Of a DNA stretch of 64,000 bases, positions 38,574 through 48,240 are shown one piece after another (the stretch's first letter is position 1; each line of letters begins with the position of its first letter). The notes below the pieces were generated by a model that was not told where the DNA came from, ran no database searches, and worked only from the letters and a program-made list of their open reading frames with translations. Origin of the DNA: a virus (Duplodnaviria; Caudoviricetes); IMG/VR virus record IMGVR_UViG_3300021960_000017; one strand, 5' to 3'. A program made the translations under genes and the position numbers.

Positions 38574-39343
38574 ACGGTGTTCTCAGTGTACTGCAAAATG
38601 TAAAGACAGTGTTTGCTCATCCTTATCCGCATGTTTGCGTAGAGGATGCGCTGCCTGATCACATTTATGCAGAACTTGAGGAAACTTTTCCTGAAGAACT
38701 AGTTACAAGTACACCTGCACATGATGGTGGCATCACTTACAGATACAAGAGTAATCCAGCACTAGTAGAAGGCAAAATACCAGCCATATGGCAAGAGTTT
38801 TTTGAATATCATACCAGTGCTGATTACTTTGGGGAATGTATCAGTTTATTTGAGCCACACCTTGAAAGGCTATATCCTGAACTGCTAACAGAACTATATG
38901 CTAAACCTGTGACAGTTAGGGATGTAGACAATAGTGGCCACTTTGTAACAGACTGTCAGTTTGTAGTACATGAGCCAGTAGACGAGACCGGCACAAGCAG
39001 AACACCTCATGTTGACAACCCAGTAGAAATTTATGCTGGGCTCTTGTATATGCGTAAGCCTGGTGACGAAAGTGTGGGCGGTAATTTTACTATACATGAA
39101 GTTACAGGTGAGATAACTGAAGTAAACAAAACACTGGGCAGACAAGTGGACAACAGTTTACATCATGCAGTAAAGCAAGTGCCCTATAAGCGCAATACCT
39201 TTTGCATGTTCCTTAATGTAAAGAACAGTGTACATAGTGTTACACCAAGAATCAATCCACAACATACTCGTAGAAGTATTAATATTATTGGCGAGTTCAA
39301 TGGTACAGGTCGTATGTGGAAAGTTAAAGAAATTAAAAACTAA
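38570..39343 (+). CDS. 2OG-Fe(II) oxygenase
   Basis: TPHVD (HxD), GLLYMR, SVHSVTPR (His) and RRSINII (Arg). Confidence 0.8.
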   Translation: MNGVLSVLQNVKTVFAHPYPHVCVEDALPDHIYAELEETFPEELVTSTPAHDGGITYRYKSNPALVEGKIPAIWQEFFEYHTSADYFGECISLFEPHLERLYPELLTELYAKPVTVRDVDNSGHFVTDCQFVVHEPVDETGTSRTPHVDNPVEIYAGLLYMRKPGDESVGGNFTIHEVTGEITEVNKTLGRQVDNSLHHAVKQVPYKRNTFCMFLNVKNSVHSVTPRINPQHTRRSINIIGEFNGTGRMWKVKEIKN

Positions 39344-40575
39344 TGCAGTATACTATGGGCAAAGCTAGCTGGTGTTTTATGACAGGAGAGCATGTTGTAA
39401 AAAGTTACAGTACTAGAAATAAAAAAAGTGTTAAGCCTGCCCGCGGTAGCATATATGATTGTTGGTTACGAGAAACAACTTGTTTGCAAAGACTACAAGG
39501 AAAACTACATTTTCCTAACATGATAGGTGCAGACAAAACTGATCATAGTTTAGCAATGACATTAGTTGGCGAAAGTTTATTTCACACATGGCATGAACAC
39601 AATTTAACCAAGTATCATGATCAAATTGATTGTATTGCAAATGAACTAGAACATGCTAACATAATGTATTTCTATCCAGGAATGGATCCAGCAAGTAAAT
39701 CAAAAGACTTCGCAAAGTTTCCGCTAAGTAACTTTTGTATACAGGATGGCGAAATAAGTTTAATAGACTTTGAGATGTCGTGTCCAATAAACAGTCTAGC
39801 ACACGAAAGATTAAGTGATAGGTTAGGATATCTATACAGTTTTTACAACAAGGATGAGTTTAGACAAGCACTACACATTTGTCTAGATGATCCAAGACAA
39901 AGTTGGGAAAGTGAGCTAATGGCTAAACTATCTGACAAGTCTAAGTTTGATGAGTTACGCAAAGGTAATCCAAGAGAAATATGGGATAATATGACAATGT
40001 TTACACAACCACCAGAAAAAGTAGTCAAAGAATGGAACAAATATCAAAAGCGTTATGGCATTGCTGATGCAGAAGATAGAGTCCAACGTATGAAACTTGT
40101 TGAACTAGCACAACAATGGAACGGAAATGCACAATTGATTGATATTGGATGCAATGATGGATTCATTACCAAACTTATGGCACCACATGTAGCAAAAGCA
40201 ACAGGCGTAGAACCTTTTGTAAAGTTACGTGATGATAAAAAGCCAGCCAATGTAAAATGGTACACAGGCACATTCAATGACTATATGAAGTTCAAAGCAA
40301 CTGACTACTATGATATTGTATTAAGTTTAGCAGTGAGTATTCAATTGCGTGACTTTGGCGGATTAACAGAACAAGAGATAGTTGATGCTTATTACGACTT
40401 GTTAGCGCCTGGTGGTGTTGTTGTACACGAGACACAAAAACTTGAAAACCGCCCAAACAATATAGATCACACAAACAAGATGCTAGCAGCATTTAAAACA
40501 AAGTTTACACAGGAAGCACATGGACAGGCTCGTCCAAGTGGACAGCGAGAATACTATCACTTTAGGAAAGTATAA
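39343..40575 (+). CDS. Kinase-like plus SAM methyltransferase fusion
   Basis: N-terminus VVKSY...ETTCLQRL...HFP...NFCIQDGEISLIDFE is protein-kinase-like. C-terminus LIDIGCNDG, TGVEP, YDIVLSLAV and LAPGGVVVHE is a class I MTase. Confidence 0.65.
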   Translation: MQYTMGKASWCFMTGEHVVKSYSTRNKKSVKPARGSIYDCWLRETTCLQRLQGKLHFPNMIGADKTDHSLAMTLVGESLFHTWHEHNLTKYHDQIDCIANELEHANIMYFYPGMDPASKSKDFAKFPLSNFCIQDGEISLIDFEMSCPINSLAHERLSDRLGYLYSFYNKDEFRQALHICLDDPRQSWESELMAKLSDKSKFDELRKGNPREIWDNMTMFTQPPEKVVKEWNKYQKRYGIADAEDRVQRMKLVELAQQWNGNAQLIDIGCNDGFITKLMAPHVAKATGVEPFVKLRDDKKPANVKWYTGTFNDYMKFKATDYYDIVLSLAVSIQLRDFGGLTEQEIVDAYYDLLAPGGVVVHETQKLENRPNNIDHTNKMLAAFKTKFTQEAHGQARPSGQREYYHFRKV

Positions 40576-41378
40576 TGGCATTCAACAATATTATGCAGTT
40601 AGCCTGTGCTGAGATAAGCAAAACAACATCAGGCACTGTAGTAGAGTGGGGTAACCAACGTTTCCGTTACACAGAGAGTTGGGTGCAACAGTGCAGTGAG
40701 CGGGCAGGTAAACCTATACGCAAGCCTGTAAATTATGTTTGGGAATACTTTGAAGACATTGGCTTCCCAGAGTATTTGGCTATAGACATTAACACAGAGT
40801 TGCGAAGTGTAGCCATGGACTTAAACTTTATTCTCCGGGACAAATACAATTACATTAAACAATTTGATCTAGTGACCAATAATGGTACAGGAGAGCATAT
40901 ATTTGATCAGCGTACAGTGTTTGAAAACATGCACAATCTATGCAGGGTTGGCGGAGTAATGTTATGTGTACTGCCCTTTGCTCCTTGGATTAATCATGGC
41001 TTTTATAATTATCATCCTGCTTTATTTAGAGATATAGCAGCGGCTAATGGATATGAATGGCAGTTTTTATGGTTAGCACAAAACACAGGACGCTATATAG
41101 AAATGCCCACCACAATGGATGGCTGGGCAAACTTTGAACAAAAGAAACCAAGAGCCCCTGTAAGCGATTTGGAACGAGCATATGATGAACTACATCAGCG
41201 TGATAGCCGAGCACAAAATATAAGTTTAGTAGCAGCATATAGGAAACTTAAGGATCAACCTTTCCAGATTCCTATGCAGGGTCGATATGTTAATGATGTT
41301 GTCGCTGAATTAAGATCAGAATATAGTGATGCTAACATAGACACTAGACAGGGCAATCATACTAGTGCGGCTTATTAA
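40575..41378 (+). CDS. Methyltransferase-fold protein
   Basis: VVEWGNQ, QFDLVTNNGTGEHIFDQ and LCRVGGVMLCVLP. Confidence 0.65.
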   Translation: MAFNNIMQLACAEISKTTSGTVVEWGNQRFRYTESWVQQCSERAGKPIRKPVNYVWEYFEDIGFPEYLAIDINTELRSVAMDLNFILRDKYNYIKQFDLVTNNGTGEHIFDQRTVFENMHNLCRVGGVMLCVLPFAPWINHGFYNYHPALFRDIAAANGYEWQFLWLAQNTGRYIEMPTTMDGWANFEQKKPRAPVSDLERAYDELHQRDSRAQNISLVAAYRKLKDQPFQIPMQGRYVNDVVAELRSEYSDANIDTRQGNHTSAAY

Positions 41379-41381
41379 AAA

Positions 41382-41987
41382 ATGAAAATAGCAGTCTGCA
41401 TAAGTGGGGAAAATAGAGGCAGCGAACAATTAGTTCTGGAAAGTATAGGCAAATATTTGCCTTATGATCAGTTTACTCACACTTGGGCAGAAACGCCACA
41501 GCCTGATTTGCCCGATTTAGAAAGTTTTTTACGGGCATTTAATACCTATATTCTGTCTTTACCAGACGGAAATCCTAGCAAGACTTGGTTCTCCCGCAAG
41601 TTTGATGGTGGAAGAACACAACACGATCGTGTATACCAATTGTATAATCACTGGCATTGTCTAGCCAAAGTACCTGAAGAATATGACATGATTATTCGTG
41701 TAAGGCCTGATGTAGTTTTATACGAGCACGATTGGCAGGCAGATGTTCAAGCAGCATATGAGCAGGATCTACTTTACGGGTATGGCAGCGGGCAAGGTGT
41801 AGAGCAAGGACTAAAAGATAGATTTGCCAGTGACTTTGTTATTATGCATCGCAGGGAGCGTATGCGGAATCCATACGATATAGATTTATGTCCTGGGCAT
41901 GTAGGATGGTGGATATGTTTACAAAAAAACATGGAAGAAAGATTTGTAAATAACAACAGCGTAGTTAAACTAGTAAGAGAGTTATGA
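41382..41987 (+). CDS. Putative glycosyltransferase (KIAVCISG/IRVRPD type)
   Basis: MKIAVCISGENR...YDMIIRVRPDV pattern, which I recall from phage and giant-virus sugar loci. Confidence 0.5.
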   Translation: MKIAVCISGENRGSEQLVLESIGKYLPYDQFTHTWAETPQPDLPDLESFLRAFNTYILSLPDGNPSKTWFSRKFDGGRTQHDRVYQLYNHWHCLAKVPEEYDMIIRVRPDVVLYEHDWQADVQAAYEQDLLYGYGSGQGVEQGLKDRFASDFVIMHRRERMRNPYDIDLCPGHVGWWICLQKNMEERFVNNNSVVKLVREL

Positions 41988-42610
41988 CACATCAACAACA
42001 GTTTAAAGATTTTATTCAAGCAGTAGCAGACTTTGACTATGTAATATTCAGAGGATTTTTAAGACTGCCTGACCTTCCTGATACAGATGTTGATTTAACT
42101 GTCAGACCAGATCAGTATGAACAGTTTTGTAAGATTGCTAGGGAATACTTAAAGCCAGGCACACATCAAAATTATGGTTATGCAGAATGGTGTGATATGC
42201 AATACTGGCCACATTTTACTACAGCACCACGAGATCCTAGGATACCCAACAAGCATCAGGCATTTAGAGTGGATTTTTACAACAGTTTATATTTTAAGTC
42301 TCCTCTAGAAGATTACACTACAAATTGGACTGTTAGTAAACGCTATTATGATAATGTTTTAAGCAGACGCAGACTGGAAAACTTTTACTATTTAATCAGT
42401 CCAGAAGACGAAATTGCTCTTACAATATGCAGGGGTGCACTAGACAACCAGGGTGCTTGGAAAGAAAAACATAAGACACGAATTCAGGAACTATTAAATA
42501 CAGTAGATAAACAAACAGCAATAAACACTATAGGCGAAGTTTTGCCAGACGCTGATAAAACTTATGAATTGCTTGTTGCTGAAAAATATGGTGATATAAA
42601 ATGGGACTAG
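41984..42610 (+). CDS. Nucleotidyltransferase-fold protein
   Basis: YVIFRGF...PDTDVDLTV (DxD) and a later VDF acidic residue. Confidence 0.5.
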   Translation: MTHQQQFKDFIQAVADFDYVIFRGFLRLPDLPDTDVDLTVRPDQYEQFCKIAREYLKPGTHQNYGYAEWCDMQYWPHFTTAPRDPRIPNKHQAFRVDFYNSLYFKSPLEDYTTNWTVSKRYYDNVLSRRRLENFYYLISPEDEIALTICRGALDNQGAWKEKHKTRIQELLNTVDKQTAINTIGEVLPDADKTYELLVAEKYGDIKWD

Positions 42611-42816
42611 TAGTTAAAAGTTTGGGTAGAGGGGAATGTAATTTTCCTGTTCCGGGTAATAGTCAGTTTCATATAGAGGATAATGTGGGGGACGAATTTC
42701 CTATACACATTCATTTTGGCCAACGCAGTCCTAAAAAATGGCTAGTAAGATTACATTTTACATATTCTGAATATGTAGAGTTTGCAGACAAAATCCTAAA
42801 AGCAGGAAGACTATAA
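42601..42816 (+). CDS. Small hypothetical protein (IEDN...IHIH)
   Basis: 71 aa, related to the next ORF. Confidence 0.55.
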   Translation: MGLVVKSLGRGECNFPVPGNSQFHIEDNVGDEFPIHIHFGQRSPKKWLVRLHFTYSEYVEFADKILKAGRL

Positions 42817-43013
42817 TGGGACATATTGTTAAAAAAATTATAGGCGACGTTGAACAAGATCCAGGTTATGAAACTCTTACTGTAGAGGACAACAGCAATG
42901 CAATGGTACATGTTCATTTAAAAAACTTAAGATTTGATATTGATCATGACACATACAATGCTCTGCATGATGCCATTGCATCTAGCATAGAGGACATCAG
43001 GGCCAAGGTATGA
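42816..43013 (+). CDS. Small hypothetical protein (VEDN...VHVH)
   Basis: 65 aa, related to the previous ORF. Confidence 0.55.
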   Translation: MGHIVKKIIGDVEQDPGYETLTVEDNSNAMVHVHLKNLRFDIDHDTYNALHDAIASSIEDIRAKV

Positions 43014-43606
43014 AAGTTATAAAGGAACTCCAGTACTGGAATAAGCCAGGCGACAGGCGTTACCAAATACTTGAGGACTCTGATAAAACTTACTTTGCAG
43101 TTTACAATGTTGACGGGCTAGTACTTCCTCAACAAGTACTAGATTATTCGCAAAAACAAAATGACATTATACCTATATACGAATGTGGAGAATGGATACT
43201 AACAGAATATCTGGAAGATTTCCAGCCTGTAATAATAAGAGGTAGTTGCGACTTTTATGAAGACTTGCGGGTAAAAGAGTATAATGATTATTTTAAAGAT
43301 CCAAAAAATATCCTTGCTTATTATAAAAGAGTAATAAACGCCCATCAAGACTTTATTGCTGACACTCATTGGTATTTTGATGACAGAACTGGCACCAATG
43401 TACTAGTTAATCCTGACTTTACAGATTTGCGTATTATTGATGTTTGCAGTTTACGCCCAGTACAGCGTACTTTAAAAATTACATTTTCTCCTAGTGAATT
43501 TTTTTATCCCAGAGAATGGGAAAAAGCAATAGCACACAAGCATGGGTTAAAAAAGCCAGATCTAGAACATCTAGAAGAGTATGACTTTGCCATCTCTATA
43601 CTATAA
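43010..43606 (+). CDS. Possible kinase-like protein
   Basis: FDDRTGTNVLV...LRIIDV resembles a kinase catalytic loop (DxxxxN) plus a metal-binding Asp. Confidence 0.4.
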   Translation: MKVIKELQYWNKPGDRRYQILEDSDKTYFAVYNVDGLVLPQQVLDYSQKQNDIIPIYECGEWILTEYLEDFQPVIIRGSCDFYEDLRVKEYNDYFKDPKNILAYYKRVINAHQDFIADTHWYFDDRTGTNVLVNPDFTDLRIIDVCSLRPVQRTLKITFSPSEFFYPREWEKAIAHKHGLKKPDLEHLEEYDFAISIL

Positions 43607-44366
43607 CAAACAAAGTCTCAATAGTAAGTGTAATTGGGTAATGGACAGTCTAGCAGTGGGCTGGGCTGGTGATGGACATCACTTTTGGGGATTTATAAAC
43701 GACAACCAAAAACAAATTGGTTATTTACAAGCACAAGGTGCTGACTGGTACTTTTGGGATATGCCCTACTGGGGACGCTGGCGGCCTGGTGCTGATGTAT
43801 TTTATTGGCGTGTTAGTAAAAACTCAATCCACGAAACACAAATAGTAAATAGACCCGATGATAGATTTAATCAATGGAACTTAAAAGTTAAACCCTGGCG
43901 CAACAGTGGGTCTGAGATAGTTGTTTGCCCAAGTAGTGACACCATAACACGCTATTGTACTGGGCAGGGGGAAAAGGAATGGACTGCCAGTGTAATAGCA
44001 GAATTACAAAAGTATACTGACAGACCAATTAGAGTAAGACCCAAACCTAGAGCAGGCAAAACTAGTGGCCCAGTAGCAGCACAAATTGCAGGTATTAATA
44101 GTTTTAAAGAAGACATACAGGATGCTTGGGCTGTAGTTACCAGCGTTAGTATGTGTGCAGTAGAAGCAATAAGCGAAGGTGTGCCTGTATTTTGTGATGT
44201 AAAAAGTTTTGCTTCACCAGTATCTGAAACACTACTAAGTAATATAGAACAGCCTAAACGGACTAACACGAGATCATGGTTTAATCACCTTGCTTACTGT
44301 CAGTTTACTCAACAAGAAATAAGATCAGGATTGGCCTACGGGATTCTAGAATGCAAAGAAAAATAG
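43581..44366 (+). CDS. KpsS/KpsC-like family protein
   Basis: IVVCPSS, IRVRPKP and AVVTSVSMCAVEAISEGVPVF. Confidence 0.6.
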   Translation: MTLPSLYYNKQSLNSKCNWVMDSLAVGWAGDGHHFWGFINDNQKQIGYLQAQGADWYFWDMPYWGRWRPGADVFYWRVSKNSIHETQIVNRPDDRFNQWNLKVKPWRNSGSEIVVCPSSDTITRYCTGQGEKEWTASVIAELQKYTDRPIRVRPKPRAGKTSGPVAAQIAGINSFKEDIQDAWAVVTSVSMCAVEAISEGVPVFCDVKSFASPVSETLLSNIEQPKRTNTRSWFNHLAYCQFTQQEIRSGLAYGILECKEK

Positions 44367-45268
44367 TAGTTTATGGAACAGGAAGACCAAAAACAAGTCA
44401 AATAATGAGCGACTTTTTTGCTGGCGTAAATTATTCTGGCACTAATTGGATTGCTGAATATCACGGTATTGAAGAATTTTTACGCAAAGGTATACCCAGA
44501 GCAACAGATGCTATTGCTGTATTAGGAATACTAAGAGGCACTGGACTTGCAATGCAAAGAGCAGCATCATTAGGCATAGACAGATACTATGTAGACCATA
44601 GTTATTTTAATCCAGGATACGATGGCAAGTGTTGGCTAAGAGTAAGTAAAAATAGACATACTATGAATTATTTGCCCGAGGTAGACATAAGCAAAGATCG
44701 CTGGAAAATCTTTTTTGCAGAAACCAATCCAGTGCATCCATGGCGAACAAGAGAACAGAGAGGCGATAATATCCTAGTTTTACCGCCAACTCATGCAGTG
44801 CAATGGTATTTTAACACTGGCGACTGGGCTACAAAAATAGTAGATAAACTTAAAGAAATTTTACCACCAGAGCAACATCAAAATATCAAAGTAAGAGTTA
44901 AGCCTAATGAGCCTATTGTAGATAAAGCAGGCAATCTATTAAGATTAGAAAAACACAAAGATGAAAGTCAAGTACCACTAGAATATGATCTGGCTAGGAG
45001 TAATATAGTAATTGCTTATAATAGTAGTGTGGCATTACAGGCAACTATGCTTGGTATTCCAGTTATAACAAACAAACATTGCAGTGTTTATCCGATAAGT
45101 TTTAACTTAGAAGATTTGTATAAAGGTACAGACAGTGAAATATTCGACAATGAGCCTAACAGAGCAAAACTGTTACATTGGCTAGCCAATTGCCAATATA
45201 AACATAAGGAAATAGTGTCAGGTAAAATGTGGCAGCATATACTCGAGCATCAGGAGCCAGTAGACTAA
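44351..45268 (+). CDS. KpsS/KpsC-like family protein
   Basis: ILVLPPT, VRVKPNE and VIAYNSSVALQATMLGIPVI. Confidence 0.6.
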   Translation: MQRKIVVYGTGRPKTSQIMSDFFAGVNYSGTNWIAEYHGIEEFLRKGIPRATDAIAVLGILRGTGLAMQRAASLGIDRYYVDHSYFNPGYDGKCWLRVSKNRHTMNYLPEVDISKDRWKIFFAETNPVHPWRTREQRGDNILVLPPTHAVQWYFNTGDWATKIVDKLKEILPPEQHQNIKVRVKPNEPIVDKAGNLLRLEKHKDESQVPLEYDLARSNIVIAYNSSVALQATMLGIPVITNKHCSVYPISFNLEDLYKGTDSEIFDNEPNRAKLLHWLANCQYKHKEIVSGKMWQHILEHQEPVD

Positions 45269-46134
45269 TGGCACACCCACAAGTAAACGAAATAATAAAA
45301 TCTAACCCTGCGCTAATGAAAGTAAAAACTCAGGTTTTGTATCTTCCTGAAAGCAAAGAATACTTTATACATATTCCTAAATGTGGAGGTACTAGTGTTA
45401 GAGATGTATTAATTTTAAAACATCTTGAAACAAAAATACCACTGGAAACAATAGAAACTGGTAACCATAGTAAATCAGCAGAAATAGGCAAACTTATAGA
45501 TTTAGAAACAAATAACTTTTTGGTAAGTGTAAGAAATCCTATTGGAAGATTTATGAGTGCCTATAATTTCCTTAAGGATATAGACAGACGTAAACTCGTA
45601 CATGCTGAACAAGGAAAAGTAGAACTTAATGAAGGGGAAAGACAGTTTTTATCAGATAGACTTGATGCTTTGGAATCCTTAGAAATAACAGGATTTGTTA
45701 ATTTTTTAAAAAATTTGGGAAAGCGACGAGACTTTTATAATACCTGGTACAGAGCAGAACCAGAGCCAAATCATTTTACCTGGGCGTTTGAACGACAAGT
45801 TGATTGGATTGCTGGTATACCTCAGGCAAATGTTAAGTGTTTCAAAATAGAAAGTCAGAAAATTTTTGAATACCTGGGCACAGCCTATGGCGGAAGTAAA
45901 GTTAAACAGTACAGTAGAAAAGCAAATTTAAAACTTAAAGATGCTATACACGAATATTTTGTAGAAGATTTTAGACGTTTAGGATATACAATAAGTGACG
46001 ACTTTAATGTTGTAAGACCAATAATGGTTAAACGAGAAGAAGAAAATAGAAAATGGGTCGATCAAGGTGGTGATGAAAATGCACCACAGTGGCTCAAGGA
46101 CTTTATGGCATCAGTTAAAATTAAAAAGACATAA
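45268..46134 (+). CDS. Sulfotransferase (family 2)
   Basis: 5'-PSB loop FIHIPKCGGTS and 3'-PB VRNPIGRFMSAY. Start placed at ATG 45268. Confidence 0.8.
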   Translation: MAHPQVNEIIKSNPALMKVKTQVLYLPESKEYFIHIPKCGGTSVRDVLILKHLETKIPLETIETGNHSKSAEIGKLIDLETNNFLVSVRNPIGRFMSAYNFLKDIDRRKLVHAEQGKVELNEGERQFLSDRLDALESLEITGFVNFLKNLGKRRDFYNTWYRAEPEPNHFTWAFERQVDWIAGIPQANVKCFKIESQKIFEYLGTAYGGSKVKQYSRKANLKLKDAIHEYFVEDFRRLGYTISDDFNVVRPIMVKREEENRKWVDQGGDENAPQWLKDFMASVKIKKT

Positions 46135-46138
46135 TACA

Positions 46139-47128
46139 ATGTTTATACAAACCGTCAGACAAATATTTCCCAATAGCATAATTGTTGATGCTGCTCTAAA
46201 GTATCCTATAACGCCACAGGGCTGGGATGTAGAAATGCCAGGACGTTCAGAATGTAGATTTAATGAACCTGATTTTAAATTAGTTCTTAATCTGCAGGAC
46301 ATGCTTACTATGGGTCCAGATGGCATTCCAAATGAATTAACTCGCATACACAGTTTTTACAAGCCCTGGGCTGATATGAATAAAATAATAGTTGTAGTCT
46401 GGCCACTGCGTCTTGCAGATGAGTATGATGGAGAATTTCATCTTGTTGAATTTAGCACACATCAGTATGAAACTTGGCAGTCCTATAAGAATGGCGAAGA
46501 GGTTTTACGTGAAGCGTTTGATAAAAAACACAAGGACTTTCAGTATAATTTCCTGTGTATGAATAGGATATCTAAACCACATAGAAAGATCTTATACAGT
46601 AAACTAATGTCACTAAGCAGAGGCAATATTAGTTTACAAACACACGGCCATGAATTAAAATATCCAGGATTAGATTACAAAACCTATAACAATACCTATG
46701 ATAATTTGAGCAACCTGTTAAGTTTGAAACAAAACTTTAATACTAGTATGTTTAGTATTATATCCGAAAGCCAATATGAGGAACGCTGGGGTATAATAAG
46801 TGAAAAGACTTTTAATGCTATTGTAGCAGGCCATCCCTTTTTAGTTGCTGGGCACCAGAGCTGTTTAGATGACATAAAAAGTTTCGGATTTAAAACCTGG
46901 GACTGCATGTTTGATGAAGAATATCAATATGCACAAAATACACATAGAATAGATGCAATGCTAGAGTCAAATGGAAATTATCTGACACTAATAAAACCGC
47001 AACTGTTGCAAGGTCTAGTAGATTATCATCAGAGTGTTATAGATTATAATAGAGATTATTTCTTTAATAGATTTGGGCCAGATAGACTTGCTTACTTTAG
47101 AGCACAGTTACTAAACATTTGGGAGTAG
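46139..47128 (+). CDS. Putative GT-B glycosyltransferase (SEK-motif family)
   Basis: FLCMNRISKPHR and SIISES...ISEKTFNAIVAGHPF, reminiscent of the GT10 YxxEK motif. Paralog at 59220. Confidence 0.5.
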   Translation: MFIQTVRQIFPNSIIVDAALKYPITPQGWDVEMPGRSECRFNEPDFKLVLNLQDMLTMGPDGIPNELTRIHSFYKPWADMNKIIVVVWPLRLADEYDGEFHLVEFSTHQYETWQSYKNGEEVLREAFDKKHKDFQYNFLCMNRISKPHRKILYSKLMSLSRGNISLQTHGHELKYPGLDYKTYNNTYDNLSNLLSLKQNFNTSMFSIISESQYEERWGIISEKTFNAIVAGHPFLVAGHQSCLDDIKSFGFKTWDCMFDEEYQYAQNTHRIDAMLESNGNYLTLIKPQLLQGLVDYHQSVIDYNRDYFFNRFGPDRLAYFRAQLLNIWE

Positions 47129-47869
47129 ATGCTGCTTGCCAAAGTCAGTATCATAAGGGTCTGGCTGCCCATGGAAGACAACGATGCTACACTGTTTATC
47201 TATTACCCAGGGTTGTTCAGGATCACAGTATTTGTTTTTAGCAGCAGGCCATTTGCCATGCTCATCTAATCCAGTGCCACTTTGTATTAAACCGCCCCTA
47301 AAAACATCCCACTTGAAACTCTGCGCCCAGGTCCTAGGCCACCATACTAGGTCAGATCTATCTTTAAAGTAATTGGTAATATAGTCCTGGTCGCCTAAAA
47401 ACCTTTTTATATATCCAGGTATATCCTGTATAAAATTAGTATAGATATCAGTATAGTCTGGTGCATAGTATCGCATAATGCTGCTATTGCTAACACTATA
47501 GTTAGGTATCCAGCGACTATTAAAGTCCTGACATATACCAAACTTATCAGGTTGATAGTCAAAGAACTTGTCTATATTTTTTACAAGCACAACGTCTAGA
47601 TCCATGTAAAAGACATCTTTAAATCCGTGTGCTGGATTAAACATTTGTATTTTATACCACCAGTATTTCCTCATGCCATTGGCTTCAGGCCAGTCTGGCA
47701 CAATATGTACTCGAGCGTCTATTGTCGGGTAAAAAGGATGGTGTTTGTCTGTTATAATATGAAAAATGTAGGGCTTTGATACAAAGCGTTTTACGGCGAT
47801 GTATAGCTGCCCTACATATATTTCAGGGGGATATTTGTCCCCAACACAGACACAAACAATATCAATCAT
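47111..47869 (-). CDS. GT8-like glycosyltransferase
   Basis: WWYKIQMF, VFYMDLDVV (DxD), NSSIM, GDQDY and IVVFHGQPDP. Confidence 0.75.
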   Translation of the reverse strand: MIDIVCVCVGDKYPPEIYVGQLYIAVKRFVSKPYIFHIITDKHHPFYPTIDARVHIVPDWPEANGMRKYWWYKIQMFNPAHGFKDVFYMDLDVVLVKNIDKFFDYQPDKFGICQDFNSRWIPNYSVSNSSIMRYYAPDYTDIYTNFIQDIPGYIKRFLGDQDYITNYFKDRSDLVWWPRTWAQSFKWDVFRGGLIQSGTGLDEHGKWPAAKNKYCDPEQPWVIDKQCSIVVFHGQPDPYDTDFGKQHLLPNV

Positions 47870-48240
47870 GCTTCCATAATTGTTTGTTTTTGTGTAGCAG
47901 GCCCACCAACAGTGCGTCTAACAATGTCAGTGCTTATGGGCTCTACATAATAGATTTCTAAAACCTGTGCAAATTCAGTGCCAGTTTCAAACCAATGGTA
48001 TTCATTGGGCGCAACAGTGGTAAATTCACCTGCGGTTATTTCTGTAATGTCTGTTAAATCGTAAGCATTTTTCCTTACATGAATTTGCATGCTTCCACTA
48101 ACACAATAAAATGCATTCCATTTAAACTCATGTTTGTGTTCGCTACACTTCATGTGTGGCTCAACATTTATACGATGTAGTTCGATCATCGGGGTAACTA
48201 ACAAACTCTCTGTAGTACCCCATACTTTACCTTGCAACAT
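47866..48240 (-). CDS. Cupin (sugar isomerase-type)
   Basis: KVWGTTE, CSEHKHEFKWNAFY and VAPNEYHWF. Confidence 0.75.
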   Translation of the reverse strand: MLQGKVWGTTESLLVTPMIELHRINVEPHMKCSEHKHEFKWNAFYCVSGSMQIHVRKNAYDLTDITEITAGEFTTVAPNEYHWFETGTEFAQVLEIYYVEPISTDIVRRTVGGPATQKQTIMEA

